Of a stretch of 64,000 bases of DNA, positions 42,142-52,110 are shown piece after piece (position 1 is the stretch's first letter; each line of letters opens with the position of its first letter). Under the pieces are notes generated by a model, which had not been told where the DNA came from, ran no database searches, and saw only the letters and a program-made list of their open reading frames with translations. This stretch comes from Camelus ferus (taxonomy: Eukaryota): positions 75,020,001-75,084,000 of the forward strand of contig NC_045699.1 in the NCBI RefSeq assembly GCF_009834535.1, given 5' to 3'. A program made the position numbers and the translations under genes.

Positions 42142-42809
42142 CTTGCTGGCATTCTGACTGATTGAACTGACTCTCTAGCTGAACTTGGGCAGGAATGACA
42201 TCGTAACTATACTGGGTCTTCCAGACCATGAACACGATACACCTCTCCTTTAATTTAGATCTTTTGAAATTTTTCTTAGCAATGCTCTGCAGTTTTCATT
42301 AGTGAGAACTTACACATCATTCATTAAGTTTATTCTGAGGTATTTTATGTTTTGTGATACTATTGTAATAGTATTTTGAAAGTTTCTGACTTTCTGAGGA
42401 CAGTCCTGAGCTCAGGGCCCAGGAGGGGGAATGGGGTGTTGTGGAAATGTAAAGGGCACCACCTGTGCCCGCCCACCCAGGACCCTCTGAGGTGCTCCTG
42501 CGTGGCCAGCACATCCACTGAGAATTCTGTCGACTGAAAAACTACCAGTGAACATGTTCCTGGGTTCTGCGTGGCATCAGCCAGGTCTTTTCTGGTAGAC
42601 AAACCCCAGAAGAACAGAAGGAAGACCTACACGCCCCAGATATTACTGCAACGTGAGTGTGTCTGGCACCGGGACCAGAAGGTGCCACCCAGACCACGCC
42701 CGCCCTTCTACAGCCCATCCTGTGGTCCCCGGGGATGGCGGCGAGGGCGGGGGGGCCTGGGGCCGGGGGCAGGGAGGTGCTGACTGAGACCCCGCCAGGG
42801 AGGACTTCT

Positions 42810-42942
42810 GGGGGTGACAGAAATGTTGTCTATTTTGATTATGGTGTTAGGTACAGGGGCATAAACATCTGTCCATACGTATCACGCTCTAAATGGCTGC
42901 ACTTTATTGTGTGTAAATTATGCCACAATAAAGTTGATTTTT
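42810..42942 (+). mobile_element. Old L1M 3'-end fragment, sense
   Basis: gggtgacagaaatgttgtctattttgatt...gcactttattgtgtgtaaattatgccacaataaagttgattttt. Confidence 0.7.
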
Positions 42943-43684
42943 AGGAATATGAATGATAAACCTAACGATTTTCTTTGCACCTCGATTAAAATGAAAAGAA
43001 GCCACGCCCCCAGAGACACCCCGGGAGCACTTGAGGAGTACTTTATGGACAAAATGACCTTGAGAATTCCAAGTCCTGGGTTACTTATTACTTTGCTCCG
43101 AGATAAGGGAGCCGGAGGCTGGCTGCGGGGAACCAGGAGCCGGAGGCCGAGGGCAGAGGGCTGACTTCCAGCTGCCCGCGGCCTGCTCTGGCCGCCGGCG
43201 GGGGCTGAGGCTGTCCTGGGGTGCATCCCGGCCAGCAGAGCACAGGCTGCTGTCTAATTTCCTGGTGGCTGCCTCACCTGCAGCGCCACATCTACGTGGA
43301 GGGCACACCTGGGGCGCAACAGTGTCCCTGACAGGACAGGCCCCTCCACCTGCTTCTCCGGGGGGCTGTGCAGGGCTGGCAGGCCAGGCCTGGGAGGTGA
43401 ATCCCAGCGCACCCGGGGCCGGCTCTCAGAGGCACTCAGGACTACTTCCATGTTTCATTCTGTTCAGTCCATTGTCAGACAGTTTAATTCTTAGAAAGTT
43501 CTTCAGTACAGACCTCCAAAGTTAGGGTGTCGCATATATGCCCTCTGGGAAGGACAGGTGGAGCCCAGCACGCAGCCAGCAATGTCGGACAGAACAGGCT
43601 GGATGTCGATGTCACCTGGGAGAGCACAGACCACCCCCAAATCTGCAGCTCTTCTTCCTCTAGCGCCCCATTTTAGGACTGAAT

Positions 43685-44040
43685 AAAGACTACATTTCCC
43701 AGCTTTCCTTGCAGCGAGGTTATGTGACTAAGTTCTCATCAATGGGGTGCAAGCAGATTTGGCAAAAGTGACTTCTAGGAAGTGTCCTGGAGGGAGGGGG
43801 GCCAGGCCCTACCCTAGTTCACTCCTCCTCCTCCACCTCCTCCTCACTGTTGGCTGGAATGTAGATTTGATGGCTGGACATGAGCTGCCATTTTGAGCCA
43901 TGTGAATGAAAGGTCCACCTACCAGAACAACAGCCTGTATTCTAAAGGCACATGCCAGCCCTAGGACCACCTATTCCAATTTCACTGATGAGAAACATAC
44001 TGTCTTGTGTACATGGCTGCTGTTTTGAATTTTGTCATAC
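43685..44040. mobile_element. Old ERVL LTR (LTR16/LTR33-like)
   Basis: gactacatttcccagctttccttgcag...atgtgactaagttctcatcaatgggg...gatggctgga...gctgccattttgagccatg. Confidence 0.6.
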
Positions 44041-45539
44041 CTCTTTGGAAAGTTTATGGGACATTTTGGGCTTGGTTCCCTTGGGGGTTCTTGTCCATAG
44101 AGTACCAATGAGGAGGCCCAGAGACCGGCAGAGGTGGATTTTACCCACTGGAGGAGAAGTGTACTGAAAGTACACCTGGTTTCCAGGCTCCATCTCTGAG
44201 TTAGGCAGGAGTTCAAGCAGAGAGAGAAGTACTTTCCTTGCTTACGCCCGGCACAGCCACTTCCTTTGACTGGGATACAGTGAGAGGAGGTGGTTGGAAG
44301 ACTCTGCAGTTCCAGTGCCACCTGATCATCAGAGCCTTGTCCACCACCGGCCCCCTGTGCTGAGGCTCCAGGCTCTGTGGGAGGACCTGGTAGCACTCCA
44401 TGACTGGTCCTGATGGTTCTGAGGGATGTGGTCTGTGTCTTGAAGGGAGATGTGGTGGCCATAGCCACAGGGCTGTGACAGAGCCCATGTGCTGCTGACC
44501 GTCCACTCTGTGGCCCTTGGGCCCTGGGGCCCTGGAACATCCTCCCTTCCTCATTTGACCAAATGGGAGAACAGCACAGCATGGCCAATTGCTTCATGAG
44601 GCCCATGATGGGGTCACTTCCCCAGGCCCTGGTGCGGGCTCCTTCCGGGGATGGCAGAAGCCAGGAGCCACTGTGGGGCTGTAAAACAAAGAATGTTGCC
44701 CACCACCCGCTCTCCAAGGATCCGGTCACTAACCACTGCAGCCGCTGACCTCCAGTGCACCCTGAAAGGAATTCAGGAGCAAGAACAGGATGAGGCACTC
44801 TGTGCTTTGGGAAAACAGGCCCCTTAGAGAGTTAGATATATTTCAGGAAAAAATTTTATAACCCAATTCTTGCATCTTTCTACACTTAGAAAAGCACTAC
44901 AGTCATTAACGGAGATCCATGCTTCTTATGACTGGCAGTAACCTCCTACTGAGATGTGCGCTGGGTGGGCGGATTCCACCACCAAAACCACATCCATACC
45001 AGCCGCTCCCCACCTCCCCACCGCCCCTTCCCAGCAGTCCTTCAGAGCTACCCAGAGGCTGTCTGCTGGGCTGCAGTTCTCAGAGAGGCGCTGAATGAAA
45101 CTCAGCTCATGCCTCCCGCGGTGGCGCAGTTTTAGAATTTCCGCCAACAGGGTCAGCACACCTGCCTCCTCCTCAGAATCGCTGACCACGCCGCTGGCCC
45201 TACCCCAGCGCCCTCCCTGCCAGCAGCCCTTCCACGACGTGCCCCCAGGTTCTGGTCCCACCACCCCTCGAAACCGCACGGATTGCCAGTGTCCCACCTT
45301 CAGCAACGACTGCTAGGCTTTCCCCAGGGGTCTCCTAAGTGACCCTGGGCTCTTCTTAGCCTTTCCAGAGCTTTCCCCCAACTCAATTCTGTCTTCACAC
45401 AAAGTAAAGCCAGCCCGCGAGGCTGCAGCCCCAGCTCTTCGCTCAGAGCTGGCCTCGCTGGCCCCAAGCGCCCCCATTGGAACCGCCTTCGGCTCCCTAG
45501 CCCCAACCCTTCGCGCTCCCATCCCCGGAGCCCCTGGCC

Positions 45540-47050
45540 CTGGCCCCGCGGCCACCCTGCGAAGTGCCCTGGCCAACTTTCTGGCCAACTTTCGGGAGAC
45601 GAAAGTGGGCCCTGAGCAGCGGGGAGCGGGGTCCAGGCCTGCGAGGGTGGTGTGTGGCGGCGCGACCACTCCGGCCGGGCGTCCGCGGCAGGCGGAGGGG
45701 CGCCCACGCGCGGCGAAGAGCGGGGTGGGGGATCGCTCTGCCTCAGACCCCGGGTCCCTGGGAGCAGTGCCCGCCGCGGCCGCAGGGCGGCAGCACAGCC
45801 TGGGCCGCCCGGTCCTGGGCAGGCACCCCAACCCGGGTCCGAGCCTTGCATCCAAAATCCCGCCACCCGCTGCGGACGCTGCTCGCTGGCCCCACTCGCT
45901 CCAGGCGGGGGGCGTCCCGGGCCCCAAGAGCCAGGTTTCGGGCCCGTTGCCCCATCCCTCGTCACCCCTCGGACGTCAGGTGGGCGGCGGTCAGGGTCCC
46001 CATGTCCCGCTCGGGCCGCCTCCGCCCCTCCCCCCGCTCGCCGAGGTCTCGGGTCGTCAGGCGCCGCCTTGGGGAGGGGAGGGGGGAGCCTTCCTCTCCG
46101 GCGTCCAACCACCCAGGCCTGGAGGCGGCGGGGGTTCCGACAGTCAGTCTCGGCTCAGGCCTCTCACCCACGCGGGGCGCACGGGAGCCCCACGCGCAGC
46201 AGCGTCTGGTGAGCGCGGGAGTGGGGGGCCTCCAGAGCGAGCCGCCCTCCCCAGGCCACGACCTCAGAACAGAGATGACAGCTGGTCTCTACCCTTCGCA
46301 TCCTACGCTCAGCTAGTGGGTGCGCTGGGCGCTGGGCAGGGGAGGCAGGGCTGGCTCCTGCGCACCCACCGCACCCTGCGCTCTTCCCCACCGCCCTCGA
46401 GTGGCCCTCGCTGGTTCTGAATGCGAAGATCCGGCCTCTGGAGCGCTTGCCTCCGCCCTTGGCCAGGCCCCCACTGACCAGCTCCCTCCTCTGCCGGTGC
46501 GGGTTCCCCTAACGGTGCCCCCACCGCGTTCCTCCCCCCCAGACGCCCCGCTAGCCGCTCCCCGCCTTCCCCGCTACCCCCGTCCTCATTAGCATAGCAG
46601 CTGCTCGCCGAGCGGGGACCCGCGCGCAGGAAAGGGCAGAGGCCTCGGGAATGAATGGGGGCCGCGGCTTTGGAGGGGGCGAGAGAAGAAAGACCGACAG
46701 ACGGACGCGCGGAGGGACGGTCCGACGTACAGCCGAGCAGAAGAATGCGCCCGGCTGAGGGGAGGGAAGTGTTGGGGGCGAACCGGGAGCCTAGGCCGGC
46801 AGAGGCGGAGTGGTGGGGGAGGGCGGCCTTCCGAGACCCCGAAGCCCCGGGAGGGGCTGCTCTGGAGGTCTCCGGAGGAGCCGTCGCGGCAGTTCCCAGA
46901 CATCCCGAGGCCCCTATGGCCCGCGCCCTTACGCCAAAGCCTCAGGCTTTGTTTCCCGGCTGCCCCCGGCGCCAGGCCCCCTTTCCTGTCCTTCAAGGCC
47001 CAGGCGGACGCCGGCCTCCCCTCCGCAGCCTCCACTGCGGCATCAGGAGG
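45540..47050. promoter_or_regulatory. Orphan CpG island 2.5-4 kb downstream of the NRARP 3' end
   Basis: Sharp rise in CpG density; no recognisable CDS or splice-consistent gene. Confidence 0.7.
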
Positions 47051-49504
47051 GTCTTGGCCTCCCTGAGGCCCTGTGCCTGTGTGCACTCGGGTCTGTGCCG
47101 CCCAGCGCTTAGCAGCAAGGCCTTTGAGAGACAGAGCCCAGAGGGCAGCCCCCTTTCCTGTCCACCTCCTAACCTGTCTCTTTGGCCCTCGGTTCCTAGT
47201 TCTGGCCTCAAAATCCTGCCCTCCCTCTATCCGGCTCTGTCCTGGCCCCAGTGCTGCTGACTCGTCACATCGCTCTTTCTGGCTGACCGTTCTCCTGCAT
47301 TTCCTGGTCTCTCTCTAGCATCCCTTCCAGCAGTAAACACTGCTTGCGTCCAGCCGAGGTCAGGTCAGAGAGATGGACAGTTGGACAGGAGCGTCCAGCA
47401 CTCTGGGCTGGGGGAGTGGAGTCAGCCCTGTCCCTGCTCATTTGCTCTGTCACCTTTCTCTGTGGCTGCCACTCCAGGGGTTCCCAGTGGCCCAGCCCCT
47501 GCCTGCCAGACCCGTCCACCCCTGATCTCCTTGGTGCCCCTAGGACCCTCACCTGGCCTCTTACAGACACCTGCAGATCCTGGAAGCTAGGCAGAGCCAG
47601 TCAACTGCACCTTCTCTTTCACCCTGGCCACAGAGAGGCTTGAAAAGATGTTCCAAACCCTGTACGCCTGCCTGAGGAGGGGTGGCAGGGACTCCCAGGT
47701 GACAGCATTGGCCAACTTGCCACAGTGAGCGCCAACTCCTGTTTGCTGAGCCCCGAGGTCCTGGAGTCAGAAGGAGCCTGCATCCTCCACTCATTTGTCT
47801 GTAGCTTTGACCCCACACGGGAAGGACACCCATGGTTTTAGTGTCTGCTGCCTAGGGCCCTGAGTGGCACCTGGAGTCCCTCACTGCCAGCCACCAGCTG
47901 GGGGCCCAGGCGAGGGGAGCAGTCTGTGCACAGAACAGCACCTGGGTAGAAGGGCAGCAGAACCCCACCAGGGCTCCCCTGCAAGCTGTGGGGCTGAGCC
48001 GGGCCTGGCTTTCTTTTGGGCCAGGGGAGAAAATTGTCTGTGAGCAGCACAAAGCCTTTCTGAGTCAAATGTGTTTTCCGTAAGAGAGGACTTCAGGAGA
48101 CTGAGTCTCATGTAGTGGCAGCCACATGCCAAGGCAGCGGCCTCAGTGTCCTCACTCCACAGACTGACTGAGAATTTTAAGGGACAGCAACTGGCTGGGA
48201 CACAGCAAACAACCCCCACCTCAGGTAACACCAAGAACAAGAGCTGCCTGGATTCTTGAGCAGGCTTCCTCCCTCTCCTGTGGTGAGTGTCCTGGTTGGG
48301 AAGTGGAGGCATGGTCCCGCACGCCCCCGTGGCCCAGCTGGTGCCCAGGCCTGACTTCACTCCCCATCTCCGGATGCCCCAACCTCCAAGTTCTTGCAGC
48401 AACTCTCCCTTCGGGACCAGGCACCCCCAGCACCCTCAGCCCACTCCCCTGAAGGCTCAGGGCAGGCCTTCCTACTTGGCCTGACAGTCCCCGGTGGAGC
48501 ATCCCCTGGGGGCTCATTTGTATCAAATATTCCACTCACCAATGTGCCAAGGGCAGAGCTGGCCCCAGTCTAGTGGGCCGGCTGGGGAGCCAGTAGACGC
48601 CAGTTTAACCAAATGAAAATACGCATGGAAAACCCTGAGGGCAGAACAGAACAGGAGATGCAAAGAATGCAGGAAGGGCGTCTCTGGGACAAAATGTAGC
48701 TGCACCACCTCCTGAGGGGAAGCCGACACCCTCAGGCATCTTGCAGGGGGTCTGAAAGCGGTACAAGATGTTACCTGGTACAGTGAAAACTTCCTCAACT
48801 CACTGGCTCTCCCAGTCTCCTCTGGGCAGGCCACGCTCGTTGGGGTGGGCATCCTCCCCTGCAACCCCTCCTGTGCCCGACTCAGGCTTGGGCTCAGAGG
48901 CCCTGCACTGTGGTCTGTGCTGGGGGCGACTGCCCAGGCCCGTGCAGGCCTCCTGCTCTCTAGGCACCACCAGAGGCTGGAGCAGAGGGAGGAGCCTTTT
49001 GCTTTTACTCATCAGAAGTGAGCAACTCCGATGTTCCCACAATTTAAAAGATGCCCTTTCTGTGCAGCAGGTGGTCCAGCATAAACCCAAAGCAGCTGGG
49101 GGGGGGGTGCAGGGAGACAAGAAGGGCCTGACCCCTTCACTAAGACCACTGGCACCTCAGGCCGGCTGGGGGGTGGGGTGGGGAAGAGCGTCAAGCAGAA
49201 CTTTCCACGCAGAGGCCTCAGCTGCTTTGCCAGGGAGCAGAGGAAACGGTTCTGGACTTTCTCGGGTGCCCACTCCCACGGCTGGAGAAGGTGGGCGGGC
49301 CCTCAGTCCGGTGCGAGACCGGCTGGGGGTCTTCGAGCTGAGGCTGAGCCAGCTTCCCAGGCTCGGTCTTCAGGTGGAAACAAGCCAAGCACTGCGCAGC
49401 CATCACTGGCAAACAGCACGTTGCAGCCTGACCCTCTTCCCGGTGCCAAGCCCAAGAAGAACCCACAAACTTTCTTTTTTTAATATAAAAAGATCAATGA
49501 AAAA

Positions 49505-49510
49505 TTTATT
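49505..49510 (-). terminator. NRARP poly(A) signal AATAAA (minus strand)
   Basis: TTTATT at 49505-49510, at the end of an AT-rich 3'UTR-like tract. Confidence 0.75.
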
Positions 49511-51076
49511 TATAAATTTTTCACGCTGGGCTACAAGTCTATATCGTACACTCAGGACTGTGCTGCAGACTTCATCCAGTTCGACGTAATCGTACTGGGA
49601 CCCATACACAGCTTCCATGTGAGCCTAGAAAGTCTTAACATTAATTAACATAATTAAAAAGGTATTTGCATCTAGAAAAAATATACAGAAAAACTCCTTC
49701 TGGAGTAGTCTGTGCCTCAGTTTCAATGTCTGCTTGTTTCACTGACATTATCAACATATTCTCCTCACACAGTTTTATAAAAAGCCACAGATGACTGCCC
49801 AAATCTGACCAGCCACGCACAAAGGGCCTCCACCCACCTGTGTCCTCAAGTGCTCCCCATTTTTGCACGAAGGGTCAGCAGCACTTCTACCCAGGGGAAG
49901 CCTCATTTAAATTTGAATAATTCAGCCTCCCTTTTATTTCTCAGGATCAAAACAACAAGGGGTGTGGGGTTGCATAGAAAATTGGAACCTCGGAGACCAG
50001 GAAGGGCGCCTTTCGGGACAGAAAGTGACGCAGAAGCACCGCCTCCATCCCAGGTCCCCGCGTAGCCCCTCCCGGCGGCCCCTCCCCTGTGGCAGGATTT
50101 TCGGATTCGAACCGGGTGCTCCAAGCCCCGGGCGGCTGAAGAGGGGCAAAGCGGCCCTTCAGCTCACTCAGCAATTAGCACAAGAGATTCACAGTCTTAT
50201 AGGTATTTTATAAAAATATAAATATGGGTAAAGTTGCCTTCACAACGCTGGATACAACGCCCTTTAAAATTGGGTTTATAACCAAGATTCGAAATACACC
50301 TGAAACTTGGCTTAAAATATGTTAATATTTTATATTCTGTCATAAATGTTATGACAGTTAATCGTGGCAATTCCATTTACTTTTTTTAAAAAAGTGTGCA
50401 ACCGACTGTTAACTATAATAGAACTCACTAGAAAAGGTCTGATTCCCACCCCCCACCCCCCCCCCCACCGCCCCGTCACCGCCACACCCGAGCACCCAGG
50501 CTCCCGCGGAAGCTTTACAAAACGGCAGGCTTGGGGGATGGTGACCTCTCACCGGAGAAAGGGGCGGGAGGCCCGGGGCTTCCAAAACTCACGCGGATTT
50601 GTGTGTGTGTGAGAGAGAAAAGGGGGGAGGGGAGGGAGAGGGGGGAGCGGAGGGGGCGAGAAGCCGGAGGGTGGGAGCAGCACAGGGAAACCGTCAGGCT
50701 GGGCGGTATTTTCAGTGCAACCAAGAAATAACAGACTCAAGTTTTTAGTTTTAGGACTAGGGGGGAAAAAAACACCCAAACTGCATCTTCCGCCCAGAAT
50801 ATTGACCACGCACAGTATTTTCCAAACAAAAAAATCAGGCGCACTAGTTTCACCCACAAATACGCACACACGTGATAAATAGTTTAGAAACCCGGGAACA
50901 GCAGAGCCTCTCTGCCGCCGCGCGTCGGCCACGGGTCCTTCCACCTTCAGGAGAAAACATTTCGAGCGGAGGATCCGGTGTCTCGGGATTCCGAACTTGC
51001 TGGTCGCGAGACTCAGATTTCAAAGGGGCTGGAGCCCGCGCCCCGCCCCCACCCGCACGGCGGCGGCGGGCGGGGC

Positions 51077-51084
51077 CGTGGGAA
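51077..51084 (+). promoter_or_regulatory. RBPJ/CSL consensus CGTGGGAA (others: TGTGGGAA 54044-54051 on +, 49034-49041 on -)
   Basis: Perfect YGTGGGAA sites around a Notch target gene, but about 4 are expected by chance in 64 kb. Confidence 0.35.
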
Positions 51085-51294
51085 GCGCTCCGGCCGGTCC
51101 CGGGCGGCCGCGGGGGGCGCCGACCCCGGGCCGCGGGCGGGTGCGGCGCGGCCCCGGTGGGCGCCGACGTGCGCGCCGGACTCTTGATGGCTGCGGGCGC
51201 CGAGGGCCGGGCGCACACCGAGGTAGTTGGCGGGAAGGTACAGCAGGGAGGACACGTGGGGGGCCCCGCATGCGGGTCGGGGTCCGAGCCGGCA

Positions 51295-51639
51295 TCACCG
51301 GCTGCTGCCCGCNNNNNNNNNNNNNNNNNNNNNNNNNNNNNNNNNNNNNNNNNNNNNNNNNNNNNNNNNNNNNNNNNNNNNNNNNNNNNNNNNNNNNNNN
51401 NNNNNNNNNNNNNNNNNNNNNNNNNNNNNNNNNNNNNNNNNNNNNNNNNNNNNNNNNNNNNNNNNNNNNNNNNNNNNNNNNNNNNNNNNNNNNNNNNNNN
51501 NNNNNNNNNNNNNNNNNNNNNNNNNNNNNNNNNNNNNNNNNNNNNNNNNNNNNNNNNNNNNNNNNNNNNNNNNNNNNNNNNNNNNNNNNNNNNNNNNNNN
51601 NNNNNNNNNNNNNNNNNNNNNNNNNNNNNNNNNNNNNNN
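51295..51639 (-). CDS. NRARP: NOTCH-regulated ankyrin repeat protein, single exon. Only the last 6 codons (51295-51312, AGSSR*) are visible; the ATG is inferred at ~51639 inside the gap 51313-51668
   Basis: C-terminus resembles human ...KYAASGR*. The 356-nt gap fits the remaining 327 nt of a 114-aa CDS plus ~29 nt of UTR. Flanked by a TATA/CCAAT/GC-box CpG promoter and a ~1.8 kb AU-rich 3'UTR, in the syntenic position between TOR4A and EXD3. Confidence 0.85.
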   Translation of the reverse strand, partial: XXXXXXXXXXXXXXXXXXXXXXXXXXXXXXXXXXXXXXXXXXXXXXXXXXXXXXXXXXXXXXXXXXXXXXXXXXXXXXXXXXXXXXXXXXXXXXXXXXXXXXXXXXXXXAGSSR

Positions 51640-52017
51640 NNNNNNNNNNNNNNNNNNNNNNNNNNNNNGTCGGGGCTCAGCTCGTGTAGCGGCTGCAGCA
51701 CGGGCCCCCAGCTGCCTCCAGGCGCACCTCGGTGCATGGAGGGCGCGGCGCCCCCGGGCCCCGCACGCCGCCCCTGGGCGCTCCAGGCGCTGGGGGCCGG
51801 GGGCCGCCGCCGCGGGACCCCCGCCACATCCAGCTGCGCCCGGCGGGCGGGCGACGGGGGCAGGAGCTGCGCTCGCGGGGCCGGCCGGGCCCGGGCGGCG
51901 GCGCCGCGCTCTCCCGGTCCTTGCTCGCTCGGACTGCGGCTCCCACGCGGGCCCCACACGCCTCCCCACGCACAGCTGCACTCACACGCACGCCGCGCCG
52001 GGGCGCCTTTTACCTCC

Positions 52018-52110
52018 TTTATATTTGCATAACAATAGGGCGTCCGTGACGCGCGCGCCGGCAGCCCGCTGATTGGAAGGCACCGGCGTGGGGGCGGGGC
52101 CGGGGCGGGG
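52018..52110 (-). promoter_or_regulatory. NRARP core promoter: TATAAA 52018-52023, octamer 52023-52030, Sox site 52031-52037, CCAAT 52072-52076, GC boxes 52091-52099 and 52102-52110
   Basis: Minus strand CCTATTGTTATGCAAATATAAAGG within a CpG island; TSS expected at ~51990-51995. Confidence 0.8.

Larger units (their letters stand above)
36745..42400 (-). mobile_element. Mosaic of antisense L1 3'-end/ORF2 fragments interrupted by SINEs, an MLT1 element and gaps
   Basis: Repeated L1 3'-end hallmarks (aattgagatatcattcacatacc; ggacatttgggctgtttctac; attgaagtgtacttgatttacagtgttagtttc...gattcttttccattat). Confidence 0.7.

Noticed and set aside
49010-49041. Possible paired RBPJ site (CATCAGAA-16 bp-TTCCCACA)
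   Set aside because: The partner half has two mismatches in the core GTG; too weak to call without data.
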